The notes below the pieces were generated by a model. That model did not search any database and was not told where the DNA came from. It saw only the letters and a list, made by a program, of their open reading frames with translations. A stretch of 64,000 bases of DNA. Origin: Diadema antillarum. Lineage: Eukaryota. The translations under genes were made by a program, and so were the position numbers. The stretch is taken from the NCBI RefSeq assembly GCF_040938485.1, contig NW_027270973.1, positions 186,001 through 250,000 on the forward strand, read 5' to 3'. The stretch's first letter is position 1. Every line of letters begins with the position of its first letter. Of this stretch, positions 24,699-37,877 are shown piece after piece.

Positions 24699-26781
24699 AC
24701 GCTGTGATGCTGCCTCACATTTAAGGAGGGACTTAGATGTGATGTGTGATATCACATGTTAAGACATTTGACTCTTTGCTGGAACAGACCCTACAGCAAG
24801 CTTCCGACTTCAGAACTCTGTTTCTGTTATCTGAGACACTCGCGATGATGGCTGAATTGAATTCAGCAACATTGTTGTTTATCATGATCTCTATTAACAA
24901 ACATTGCCTTTTGACAAGTAGATCTTCTTCATTTCAACCTGTTTCATTCCATTGGCATTTGTAGAGTGATCGCATGATTTTGTTTCTTGTTCATGGATGT
25001 GTGAACATGTATGATAAGTTACACTGTGTTTCCGTGTGTGCGTGAGGCATGTGTGTGTGCGTGTATGTGTGCGTGTGTGTTAACGTTTATCGTGTGTTTG
25101 TGCTTGAGTGAAATTAAGAGTGAGGTGAAAATGCAGTATTGATGAAACAGTACAGAATAATGGCAGAAATTAATCTGGTTAAAAGCAAAAGCAGAAGCAA
25201 AAAAAAAAAAAAAAACCCAAACAAACAAAAACGTGCGACTTTGAGTGACACGTACGTACACACAGTAATCCACACGCATCACGTCATTTACATCGCACAA
25301 TATCATGACAGATATTCTTTTTAATTCTTGCCTTTATTAAATCTATAGCACACGAGGAGTGAGAAAGAAATTTATTTGACACAAGTTTATACCAGGAGAG
25401 TATACTCTTCAAAAAATACACAAACACACACACACACACACAAAAAAAAAACACTTTTTGAACTGATGACTTAACTTTTCCATGAAAAAGTGTAAATTCC
25501 TGCAATCTCCAGAACATTGTTTTCTTGTCGAAAGAGAGTAGGCCACAAAGACGCCTTTTATGCAAACTAGTTGCGGTGATGATCCTATGACATTTCAAAT
25601 CTTTAATTAGTTTGTGCATGACAATAATATGGATTTTATTTTTCTTCTTAATAATTTGACTACATAACAAAAATAGAACAATAGCGTCAACTTTGACACA
25701 GACTGGAGCGTCATTTTACTCTTGACAAATATCTAATATGATGTATTAGTGGGAGATTCTGTACCAGCACTAACCGTGTTTTAATCGTCCACCGAGTCAG
25801 ACTCGTTACTATATAGGGCTAGTATCATAACCACAGTGCAAGATAAACACTTTTCAACACCATCACAATATACTTTGTACACCTGTCAGAGTGGCCCTCT
25901 ATTGACTGGTTGGTGTTAGGGACATCGATGTTTTTGCATTGTGTATTCAGGTATAGCATGGACAAAATAAATGTGACACGTATGAACAGATGTAACAGTA
26001 ACTCGAAATATATCAAAGTTAATCACAGACAATGAGAATTCATCACAAAGAACGATAGCATAATGACCACAACAATATACTGGCAAATCTCTTGGGCTAA
26101 GATATTGATCACCATGTAGGTCTCGTTAAAAAAACAAAAAAACAAAAACAAAAACTTACAATGAGATAATCACTTCGGTCTTGTGACGTAAGAAAATAAT
26201 ATAGTATGTTACACGGGATTATTCTTACCAACTGGCCTTACTTTTGTGAGAGTGAACTAGATATTCTGTGATCCTGACTTCGATTCCGACAGGTCATCAG
26301 TGAACAAAGAATTATGTGTTACCTTGGTGATGAATGGATAACTGACAATGTTGTTGTTTTTTAATAACAATAATAAGATCCTCTGCAGTGAAGTGCTAAC
26401 ATTTAGACTGTCTTATTACCTCTTAGCTATTCTGGATAAATGAAAGCAAATTCTGCCCTGATGCTATCATTATGACGCTATTGCTGTTCGTTATTATTGT
26501 TATTTGCATAGAGATAATTCGACTCATAGGTACACGCTACATGAAATACAAACAAACGTAAAACGTCTGGGTGTAGACTGTGAGTAACAGTAGTTATCAG
26601 TTTTTAGTTACAGTAATACATTATGAACCCGAAACGGGTATCAATTTGATATCGAGGGTAAGAATAACGACTTGCAATAATCACAACACAGGGTAATTAT
26701 TGTAATTACATCCTGTTTGAACATCAACTTCGCTGCCTCATCGTCTATACGACACTATGCGACTCGAATAAGATAATCCCC

Positions 26782-27123
26782 GCGTTCACATTGTCCCCCG
26801 CGCCGCGGGGACAGCCTCAAGAGATCTTATCTTTTTTACGACTGACCGTTCACATTGGTATCTCATCTGTCCCCGAGCTGTGGGGGCAATTGGGGCTTGG
26901 GGCGAGCTCTGCCAGGCATAGCGCATGCGCACATTTGATGACCACGGCTGGACGCTATCAATTTCGCCCCAAGGTCACTCTCCCCTCCAAATCTTGTCCC
27001 CGTACCCGACTTGATTCGCGGGGACGAGGGGACAAGTCCCAACGAGCGTTCACATTATGGTTTTGGAGGAGAAAGTCCCACAGCTCGGGACTTTCCCCGC
27101 GGCGCGGGGGACAATGTGAACGC
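26782..27123. mobile_element. GC-rich MITE about 0.6-0.9 kb upstream of B2
   Basis: Perfect 30-bp TIR GCGTTCACATTGTCCCCCGCGCCGCGGGGA; absent from the paralogous site near 10445. Confidence 0.8.
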
Positions 27124-27696
27124 AGTGTGTGATTGACAGACGGACATTGACCGACAGACTCCGCCGGTCATTTCTTTAGAACTTTCGACTGATTTAAATC
27201 ACATCTCGTTAAACAATCCCGATGAAAGGGGACAGGTCCATACATTCCTCGATATAGCACGAACAAAGGCGGAAAGTGTGACCCATGAATAGGGATGAGA
27301 GGCGCAATGATTACAACGTGCGCACCGCGCGCGAGCTATTCGGCTATTGTTAGTTCATTGTTGGAGTAAGCAGTTTGATCTTTGCCGGCAAATTAATGAC
27401 CATTCATGAGTGGTCAGACGTGGTTGCTTTTGTTTTGAGTAAAATAGATCTAATGACAGCCTCGTACATCCCGTTAATCCCATTGGTTACATAGTCTGAC
27501 CAATCAACTATTCCCATATCATACATGCAGCACAGATAGGAATTACAGCTTTCCATGAAATGAAAACTACGGACCGGAATCCAGTGGGATAGAAGCTACT
27601 CATAAGCAATTTGTCTTCTTACTTGGCTGAACGTCCGAACAAGATTATCCATCACTGATCCCTCAAACGTCTCTAAGGTTATAATCGCTATCCGAC

Positions 27697-28811
27697 ATGG
27701 CTGATTCGTCGCTCTCACTTCTGCCTCACGTCCCGATGTCTGCTCCTTCCAAGCGACCTCGTCCTCGACGTAAGACTAGGTTCACCGAATGGCAACTCGA
27801 GAGACTGAAGGCCGAGTTCGACATCGACCAATATCCCGACATCGTTTCCAGGAAGAAACTGGCAGCTACACTCGGCCTGAATGAAGACAGAATACACGTA
27901 GGTTTCATTGTCATACGGCATATAACTATCTGGCATGAAAATATGTCGACGAATATTTAAGTTAGGCCTATCAACTAATTGAAATCATTTCAATTGGCGT
28001 TTAAATGACGCTATATTGATATTACTGATAGTCTGAGTTTCTTAGTATGAAATATCCAATTTGATTATGTGAAGCAGCATAATAGCATAATAAGCAGGAC
28101 ATTATAGGAGCAAATAAAGTAACCTCTTATCATCAACAATTCTTCTTGCTTATATATTACCAAATGAATATTGATTCAGCTTTTATACAAAACAAACTGT
28201 AATCGAAGCTGTACAGCTAGTGCTTCAAGAGGCCGAATTGAGCAGGCTTTATATTAGGATAGAAGTATACACTGTTTTTGTTTTTTTGTTAGGTTGATTT
28301 TTAACTAAGTTTAGTCTTGTTTTCTTCATTTTCTTTCCAGGTCTGGTTTCAGAACCGTCGCTCACGTCATCGTCCATCCTTCCTCAAGTCCTCCTCACCT
28401 TCCATCAACAACCGTCTCGACGTTGCTGAAAGTGAACCCGACTGCCTGCGTAAGAGGAAACACTTTGCTACAAGCGACGTCCTCGACCAGGAGAACACAC
28501 CGCCGCCCAAGAAGTTCGCCATCAACGACTCACCGATGTCAGTCGATTTCCTGTCTCGTAGCAGTCGATCACCGAGTTCCTGGTCAATCTCCCACATCAG
28601 CGACGAGCGTGACATCATGAGTTTGCAGCAGACAACATCTCATCGAAAGCAGCAGGGCGCCACCAATCCCTTGATGTCTGTAGACTTCCTCTCCCGAAGC
28701 AGCCGACCGACTTCTTCGTATCCATCGCCATACCGTGAAGGGAGTCTCTACCACAGCTCGTCGCCATTCTACATGGTTGGTCTTCCGCATGTCTTCGTTG
28801 TACCGCACTGA
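27697..28811 (+). CDS. pmar1: pmar1/micro1-family homeobox, type B, copy B2 (exons 27697-27897 and 28341-28811; 223 aa)
   Basis: Homeodomain RPRRKTRFTEWQLERLKAEFDIDQYPDIVSRKKLAATLGLNEDRIH|VWFQNRRSRHRP; same intron position; two MSVDFLSRSSR motifs. Confidence 0.78.
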
Positions 28812-29127
28812 ACGCTGTGATGCTGCCACACTTTCATAGGAGTGACATACCACCCTTCATTACCACAGCCCATCGCTTATATTCTTCATAACGATCCTAA
28901 TGTCATACCACCTTGATCCTGGACATTCGTCGTGACGAGTCGTTGTGAAACCTGTTCTGTGACGTTATCATTATGATGTGAAGCAAAATTTTGAATTATG
29001 GTTGTAAATAAATGTCTATTACCAAATCAACTTCTTGAACAATATACTTTTTCATTGAGGAGTATTTGTTGTGTAATTAGCACGCACGTGTTTCTTGATG
29101 CATTTGTATTGCTTGTATATATATATG

Positions 29128-29181
<54 letters not shown>

Positions 29182-30049
29182 TTGTGTATACATATCATAT
29201 ACTTCATCTGTATTATGAATGTCAGTGTATCTGGCGTGTTTTGAGTGCTTTTATAGTTTTCCTTCAAATAAATATTATGCAATCTATGCAACAGGATGAT
29301 AGAATGAAACGGCATTCACACATACACACATGGGCTAACAGCTAACAGAGCTGAACAGTATTCTATTTTGTAGGAAAATGTATACATAATTTTCTCAAGC
29401 GCTCGCTCGCTTCGCTCGCTCGCGAAGAAAGTAACATCGACATACACTGTAAGGTATAGCTCAGACGTTGACAACGTCAAATAATATAGGCCTACATGTA
29501 AACATGCTATGACGCGAGTAACCGGGGACCATCTGCAAAATATGTACGAAAACAAACAAACAAACAATAACAAAAACTATATCGCCGTAATTGAACCCCC
29601 TCCATTTCCTGAATCATTCCTGAGAAACGACAGTGACTGGTGACTCAGTCAGGATACATCTATGGGCATACCCAGGGAAGATCAGGGGCGTCGAATCTAT
29701 CTCGGGGGGGGGGGGGGGGGGGGGCATTTGACCGGCGCCCCTACGGAAGTGTTTAGGCAGACAAATCATTTATCCCCAAAGCAATTCCCGAGATGAGGAT
29801 AAATCTCGAACTTTCTTAATGGAAAATTGTCCGAATATCGCCAGAACTATGCACCAGATCGTTGTATTGCAATCATAAACATGCAAAAGCTCTGCTATAC
29901 AGGATTCCTTTCGATAGACTTTGTACACTTTTGAGATTGACGTATATTTTCCTAATCTGCGTGTGCAGCAGATCTTTCACTTAACAAAAGCACCCTCATA
30001 TACAGAGGCATCGATGGGGGGGGGGGGGAGATGGTTCTCCCATAAAAGT

Positions 30050-31420
30050 GGGACAAACAAAAGCGAAAAATATAGCTACAAACGGCAGTTTTTTGAGTGT
30101 AAAATATCAAAATTTTAAAGCTCGCTCGCTCCGCTCGCTCGCATTTAATCGCTATGCCATTCTCCTGATGTTGTTGCCAGTGACTGACAGCAGTTGCGCC
30201 CGGTGTGCCCCCTTAATTTCCAAAGGGAAAAATGTAAACGGCAGTTTGGGGACTAAAATGTCAAAATTTTGAAGCTCGCTCGCTTCGCTCGCTCGCATTT
30301 AATCATTACGCCATTCTCCTGATGTTGCAGCCAGTAACTGCCAGCAGTTTTCGCCCGATGCGTTCCCCTTAATTTCCAAAGCGAAAAATATAGCTACAAA
30401 AGGTAGTTTTGGGACTGTAAAATGTCAAAATTTTGAAGCTCGCTCGCTTCGCTCGCTCGCATTTAATAATTATGCAATTCTCCTGATGTTGCTGCTAGTA
30501 ATTGCCAGTAGTTTTCGCCCGGTGCGCCTCCTTAATTTCCAAAGCGAAAAAATACAGCCACAAACGACAGTTTGGGGGACTGTAAAATGTCAAAATTTTC
30601 AAGCTCACTCGCTTTGCTCGCTCGCATTTAATCATTATGCCATTCTCCTGATGTTGCTGCCAGTAACTGCCAGCAGTTTTCGCCCGGTGCGCCCCTTTAA
30701 TTTCCAAAGTGAAAAAATACAGCCACAAACAACACTTTGGGGGACTATAAAATATCAAAATTTTCAAGCTCACTCGCTTCGCTCGCTCGCATTTAATCGT
30801 TATGCCATTCTCCTGATGTTGCTGCCAGTAATTGCCGGCAGTTGCGCCCGGTGTGCTCCCCCCTTAATTTCTAAAGCGAAAAAATACAGCCACAAACGGC
30901 ACTTTGGGGACCGTAAAATGTCTAAATTTTCAAACTCGCTCGCTTTGCTCGCTCGCATTCAATCGTTATGCCATTCTCCTGATGTTGCATGCTGCCAGTA
31001 AGTGCCAGCAGTTGTGCCCGGTGCGCCCCCTTAATTTTCAAATCGAAAAATATAGCTATATACAAACGACAGTTTTAGGACTGTAAAAAGTCAAATTTTT
31101 CAAGCTCACTCGCTTTGCTCGCTCGCATTTAATCGTTATGCCATCCCCCTGATGTTGCTGCCAGTAACTGCCAGCAGTTGCACCCGGTGCGCCCCCCTTA
31201 ATTTCCAAAGTGAAAAAATACAGCCAAAAACGGCAGTTCTTGGACTGTAAAATGTCAAAATTTTCAAGCTCGCTCGCATTTAATCGCTGTACCATTCTCC
31301 TGATGTTGCTGCCAGTGATTCACAGCAGTTGCGCCCGGTGCGGCCCCCCTTAATTTCCAAAGCGAAGAATATAGCTACAAACGGCAGTTTTTGGACTGTA
31401 AAATGTCAAAATTTTCAATG
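30050..31420. repeat. About 165-bp minisatellite (about 8 units) within a G-run-rich non-autonomous element
   Basis: GCTCGCTCGCTTCGCTCGCTCGCATTTAATC..GATGTTGCTGCCAGT.. recurs at about 30120, 30274, 30438, 30603, 30768, 30934, 31103 and 31268. Confidence 0.9.
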
Positions 31421-31835
31421 TAAAAAGATGTCGCCGTGGGAGGGGGAAACCCCCTACCATACCCTACCCCCCCCCCTCGCTTGCTTCACTCCCTCACGAT
31501 CTCATAACCGCTCCCCCTATAGGATCAAATCCTGTCTACGCCGGTGATAGGCCTTCGCAGTGATGTCGCACAATCGGAGCAAGAGCTGAAATACCACGAT
31601 TTAGTCATTCAATGATATATTGTGAATATTTCATTTTCTATTGATTTTTTAAAGAAAACAAAAACAAAAATTTCACCAAAAGTGTGCACCAGATCGCTGA
31701 ATTTCAGGTCTGAAAATGCAAAATCTTCCTCGTGTGGGAAAGGGATACACCCCCCCACACACACACACCCTCCCCCCGTTCGGTCGCTCCGCTCCCTCTC
31801 ATATTTCAAAAACAAAACATGCCTTCATACTTTAA

Positions 31836-32192
31836 AGGGGAAGGCTAGTAACTGATCAGTGGGAATCAGTGGAAATGCTGGGAGATGATTGTTCCAATCC
31901 TTATGGGATTCATTCTAGAGTTCATTGTATATCTATCGTTGTGTGAAAATGATTTGCTTCTGAACGGTCTCATATTCAAGTAATGTGCAGATTAATGCTC
32001 CGTCACTGACCAGGGACGCTAACCTGGAAGCATTAAACTGCACATTACTTGAATATGAGACCATTCTGAAGCAAATCATTTTCACACAACAACAGATTTA
32101 CAATGAACTCTTGAATGAATCCCATAAGGATTGGAACAATCATCTCCCAGCATTTCCACTGATTCCCACTGATCGGTTACTAGCCTTCCCCT
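31836..32192. mobile_element. Kolobok-like foldback MITE
   Basis: AGGGGAAGGCTAGTAAC...GTTACTAGCCTTCCCCT with TTAA on both sides; almost the whole element is palindromic. Confidence 0.8.
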
Positions 32193-33600
32193 TTAAGGTC
32201 TGATTTTCCGCCGCAAGTCATCTCACAAGCAAAAAAAAAAGCAACAACAAGAACAAAAAGTCCTCATATTTTTGCTGCCACTTTCCTCCCACTTTATATT
32301 TCATGCAAAAGAGTGGGACATCCGATCCCTGTAAAGTGTGCGTGTGGGGGGGGGGGGGCACCAAGCTCCCCCCCAAGGCTGCGCCAGTCCGGTTATGGGC
32401 TTGTAATCGTGGTGATGGTGACCATCGGATTTACGCCGTTGCATACACACAAACATATCGCCCATNNNNNNNNNNNNNNNNNNNNNNNNNNNNNNNNNNN
32501 NNNNNNNNNNNNNNNNNNNNNNNNNNNNNNNNNNNNNNNNNNNNNNNNNNNNNNNNNNNNNNNNNNNNNNNNNNNNNNNNNNNNNNNNNNNNNNACGGAA
32601 GAGATCAAAGAAAGCAAATGAAGTGTTTAGCCTTCTTATGCTTGGAAAGGTCGTATGAAATATTAAAGTTTTTCCTGTTGTTAATAGACCTCTGCTCACT
32701 GCATTCGGACACACACCAATCTCCACACTGAAATGGACTCACAAAATTCTTTCTACATGTTCACAGCCAAGGCAATGCATCATTTCAATGCAATATGCCA
32801 GCTACTTATATTGCGGATAATAATCATACTTATACAGGTCGACGAATAACGACACAAATCTTGTCCCCAAAGCTGGTTTTTCAAACTAAGATCATTCCCT
32901 TCTGGCTAAATCAGAGTGACCCAACGCTTTCTTGCAAAACCTGAACAGATGTCAAGTCGTTATGGCATCATTACAAACAAATACATTTCCGTTAGAAGCT
33001 ATACAGATATTATTTAATTGTTAATGTGTTATAAATTAAGTGATAGCGCAGAATACGGATCATAGAGTTTCAAAGAGTTGCTGTAATCTTTTTTTCTTGA
33101 ATCACAGTAGTACTAGGTGAAGTTTTCATTTCGCCTTCTTATTCTCAAGGGTTGCTGGTTTGTCAATTCATTTGTGCGTGAGGACCCCATTAGTGTGTGC
33201 TCTGGGTGAAACACGTCTTATTACTTTTATCACGAGGCTATGTTTGATTCATTTTTTATGTAATTTTACATAATCATGAATCTCACCCTTCCATCTATCA
33301 GACATCTGTCAGATATAAAAGTTTTCACTTCATCCCATTTATATTTTCTCTCTTATCAAAAAGCAGGTTTATACATACAAGCTTACATACATGATCCGTT
33401 GATATAATTTTACGTACATAGCCAAATGCATATATGATATGCTTACATGCGCACACCGATACTTGGGACCTATATGAACATCAATTGTATAGGAGATGAT
33501 GACCCATCCTCTCTGTACAGTAATTGAACATAACCTGTGTCTAGCACTATCAGAACTATTCAACTTGACTGATGGAAAGATAACACGATTGACACTCTAT

Positions 33601-34146
33601 AGGGCTTTTTACACTTGTGTTTCTTAACCCCGGACTTTCTCTGACCCAGGACTATCGTTAGTCCCGTACCAATTTTTTCAGCTTTTTACACTCGCCAATT
33701 AGTCCCGTACTATCTCTTGTCCGGGGCTAAGGAGAAAACTGACCTTTTTACACTCGTATTTCTTAGCCCCGGACTTTCCAGACCACATGAATATTCATAA
33801 TTACGCTGTGTACTGTACACGTACACGCACGCACCGGCAGCACTTGATTGCCTCGTTTCTGATTGGTCAGTGAGGGTCGGACTTCGTCTCCGTCGCTTAG
33901 CCCAGGATTATTTTTTCGTTCTGTTTACACTCACTTGCTTGGCACCGCAATTGCGGTGCTAACCCCTGCTATTTTGCAGGGCCAGATAGTACCGTACTAT
34001 CGGTGGGGCTAGCCCACTTTGGCAAAAACGAGTGTAAACAGAAAGTGGGCTAAGGATAGTCCCGTACCAACGGTGGGGCTAAGGCCCCCCCTTAGCCCCA
34101 CCGATAGTCCGGGGCTAAGCAAAAATTTACAAGTGTAAAAAGCCCT
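33601..34146. mobile_element. PIF/Harbinger-like MITE
   Basis: TIR AGGGCTTTTTACACTTGT / ACAAGTGTAAAAAGCCCT; internal AGCCCCGGACT and AGTCCCGTAC repeats; empty sites at about 5413 and 13872. Confidence 0.75.
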
Positions 34147-34759
34147 TAAGGCCAGGATTGACAGGGATACTTTACGCCAAAATAATCTTCGGCGAAACTT
34201 TGATCTCAACTCATTGATAGGATAGAACTTTCTTCTGTGTGGGTTGGTCAAAGAGCGAAATTAATTCTATACGATCTGCTCCTAGATTTTTTTGCATCCT
34301 GTCTTAAACAAAGGCAAACGCGTGATTAGGGATTATAATAGGATCATAACAACCAGGGCGCACGTTTCGAGTGAAAAGAAAGCAAAGAGATTAGTGTAAT
34401 CTCGTTGGAAGTAAACCATTGTCTCAGTGTATTGCTTCGTGGGTCAGTTTAATTGCCGCAAGCTTCTCATCCTTTTAGTCTATACCTGACAAGTGGAACT
34501 ACATCAGTCAGTGAAAGAACCCAAGTGACAGATAGATCAGTTATGACACGGAGCTGCGTCCCAATCTGTGCCGTTATTACCCAATCTCATTCGTCTTTTG
34601 GTTTGACCTGTCAGACTTTTTCTGCATGGAAACAGGTGAACTTACCTAGGACATCTGGTCATACGGGGAATCAAAAAATATAAACATTTCACTTGGCTGC
34701 ACACATCAGAAGTTCTCACCTTACATGCCTTATACTAAAGTCTCTAACGACTTTCCAAC

Positions 34760-34973
34760 ATAGCTAATTCAAAATTATTAAATTTGGTTCAGTACTTTTT
34801 ATTCTACGCCAATTCTGAAAATGCAGTCATTGTCAAATTTCGCCGGATTTTTGCGACTTATTAGATAATAATTTGAGTGCGACAAGCGATCCATACGGTG
34901 AATATTGTGTAAGCTCGGTGATCCATGTCAACAAAAGATACAGCTTTCACATTGGGCACAGGCCAGGAAAAAA

Positions 34974-35009
<36 letters not shown>

Positions 35010-35405
35010 TCCCAATATGAAAGCGTTATCTTTTGCTGACATGGATCAACGAGCTTACACAATTCACCGTATGGAACGCGTGTCGCACCCAAATTATTAT
35101 CTCATAAGTCGCAAAAAATTGAAAATGACTGCATTTATAGAAATTGGCGTAGAACAACCAAATTTAATGATTTTGGTATCATGGTCTTCTGCGGAAGATG
35201 TTCTTTCTAATGATGTCAAAAAATATATCACTTTTAGAATGCAAGGTACTGAAAATCCACCGTTCCGCTTTTTTTGGGACACCCGGTATAAACTATTGAT
35301 AGTATACACAGAGATCAGTGTCACACTTTAAAGTCCGTTCCTACCAAGCGACATCGACGCCTGACTATATTCAGCAAATTACAGCTTGAGATTGATGTTA
35401 AAGTG
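34760..35405 (+). pseudogene. Type C pmar1-like exon-1 remnant 3, split by TE insertions
   Basis: CCAAC-ATA-GCTAATTC (mutated ATG) at 34760; after the insertion, 35331-35405 reads KSVPTKRHRRLTIFSKLQLEIDVKV. Confidence 0.65.
34776..35286. mobile_element. Foldback element (arms about 34781-34916 and 35051-35165 around (TG)n) plus a mariner-type right end
   Basis: The arms are reverse complements; the segment ends TTTTTTGGGACACCCGG-TA, a Tc1/mariner-type terminus. Confidence 0.65.
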
Positions 35406-36317
35406 TGGACCAATTACTTTACTCTGCTCGACATTTGCGGTGACCAGGTGCCCCGGGAACATAGAATACCCCCCCCCCCCCAAAAAAAAAAAGAACAGAA
35501 CAGAACAAAACAAAACAAAACAAACAAAAAACAAAAACAAAAACAAAAACAAAAACAAAAAACATGTTGTACCACCAAAATAAAAGAAAAAAAAGTCAAG
35601 AACATTGAATGAATCGGACAGGAATTAAATGTGTTTTGACAACACATTGTTTCTCGTTTATGTTTTTAGGGCAAAAGAGTTGATGATGTTAGTACCCCAT
35701 GCAAATTAGTCAAACTTCGACTATATTCATTTTCTCTGTTGTTTTTTTTTTAAATGACCGTGAATGAGGTTGTATTTAATGACAATTTCACTGTGTCTTT
35801 TTTGGTTTGATTTTTACTGCACTCACCAGAGTCATCTTGAGCATGGGCGAGAATTTGGTTTTGCACTTCATAAAGGTTTTCAGAGATGAATTATTTGGTG
35901 ATTGAATCTGACTGTTAGTCATAAATTCCTAGCGATGCCGAAGTCGGATTTACTTATACGTGCAAAATTACCGTTACACTTAAACGATATACATCAAATT
36001 TCAACAACTATTTGCCATTTTCTGACAATTTTAATTCAACCTAAAGCATGAATCAACGTGATGCTGAATCAAATCAAAATCTGCGCTAATTAAGAGATCA
36101 TATCGAGATAGTATCCAGGATCTGAAAATAGAATCAGGTTCTGTAATAATCGACTGTATTGTTCCTCTACTCCTTTTGTTCCTTGTCGATCTTAGGAAGG
36201 TGGTACAAGGGCAAACTGAAGGGTATTGTTTGGCTTGCAGGCAGCGAACCGACAATCAAACCGCCAATGAACAAAGGAAAAGTCACAGCTCTCTTATAAC
36301 AATGTGTAATTTGCGAC

Positions 36318-36438
36318 ATGGATTAGGACACTCACACTCCCCTTTGAATTGCTGAAGTCTGTGGGCATTCATGAAACTAAAACTTTACCTCATTCGCTAA
36401 TCCTGTCACGCCTATTGGTCGGTTTATTGGACCAATCA
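36318..36438 (+). promoter_or_regulatory. Type A proximal module, copy A3
   Basis: GGATTA 36320, CTTTGAA 36342, TAATCC 36398, ATTGG 36414, CCAAT 36432. Confidence 0.55.
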
Positions 36439-36622
36439 AACAACTTTGCTTGTTTATGGCTTGAGCGAGTGATATTTGGCTTCTCCAATTCATAACCCAC
36501 TTAATCACTGCAAGGCTACTTTGGTAGTATCACCACACGTCATTCAGATTTTCTTGAAGTCAAGTCGCACCTCTGAGGTATTTTCTACAAACCGGCATCT
36601 TTACAAAACCGATCCAATCAGT

Positions 36623-37877
36623 ATGGCTGATTCATCGCTCTCCCTTCTCCCTCAAGTCTCGACGTCCGTTCCTACCAAAGGCCCTCGTCGTCGACGTCCG
36701 ACCATGTTCACCGAATGGCAGCTCGAAAGGCTGAAGGCTGAATTCGACATCGACCGATATCCCGACGTCGTTTCCAGAGAGAAACTGGCTGCCTCAATCG
36801 GCCTCGACGAAGACAGAATACAAGTATGTAAAATCAGGGCTTTGTAAAATAATTGTTAAGCTAAAGATGTTCTTCACCTACTTTGTATGAACGAATAAAT
36901 GCAATCAACCACGGAAGAAGAATCCTGTAAATGATTTCATTTGATCTCATAGATATCTATACATTTATGATAGAGATGTATACATATATCATCAAGTCTA
37001 TATATGTTATAAATTGTTTGAATGACTTTGAACGACAAAATGATAAGACGGTTGTCAAATGTAGCTGCAGTTTACACTTTGGATTTTTTTAACATTTTGA
37101 TTTAGAATGAATATCATATTACCTACGTAAATATAGAACTCAAATATTTTCAGCACCAGCCAGACGGAGCTAGCAATTCATTATTTTTTTCGAAATCTGT
37201 GACTTATTTGTGGTTAATCCGTCGTTGCATAAAAACAATTTGCCATGCCCTCCAACTATTATCTAAATATCCTCAAATACATTGTGTATCAGTTTCATTC
37301 TAGGATTTATGTCCATTACAAGTTCTGTTTCTGCACGAAGCACATAGTTATGATAAAGTCATGTCTTTCTTTTCTTTATCTTCAGGTCTGGTTTCAGAAT
37401 CGCTGTTCGCGCCTTCGTCGAACTTCACTACACTCCCTCTGTACTCGACCAAACATCAGCGACAACCAGATCAACAGGCTAACCGACATCACGGGAGCGG
37501 AGTCTTCATCCAAAGGAAAGCGTAAGCGATCAACCGAATGCGACGTCATCGACCAGGAGAACACACCGCCACCCAAGAAGCTCGCCATCAACGCTTCACC
37601 GATGTCAGTCGATTTCCTGTCTCGTAGCAGCCGATCACCGGATTCTTGGTCGACTTTCCGTATTAGCGACGAGCGTGACATCATGAGTTTACAGCAGACG
37701 ACATCTCATCGAAAGCAGCAGGGCGCCACCAATCCCTTGATGTTTGTAGACTTTCTCTCCCGAAGCAGCCGACCGACTTCTTCGTATCCATCGCCGTACC
37801 GTGAAGGGAGTCTCTACCACAGCGCGTCGCCATTCTACATGTTTGGTCATCCTTGCGTCTTCGTTGTACTGCACTGA
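36623..37877 (+). CDS. pmar1: pmar1/micro1-family homeobox, copy A3 (exons 36623-36823 and 37386-37877; 230 aa; R53C)
   Basis: Intact spliced ORF with a 562-bp divergent intron; helix 3 reads VWFQNRCSR; second motif reads MFVDFLSRSSR. Confidence 0.78.

Noticed and set aside
30486-31547. ORFs up to 171 aa, or a CRISPR-like array
   Set aside because: These are translations of a 165-bp tandem repeat; there are no unique spacers and the context is eukaryotic
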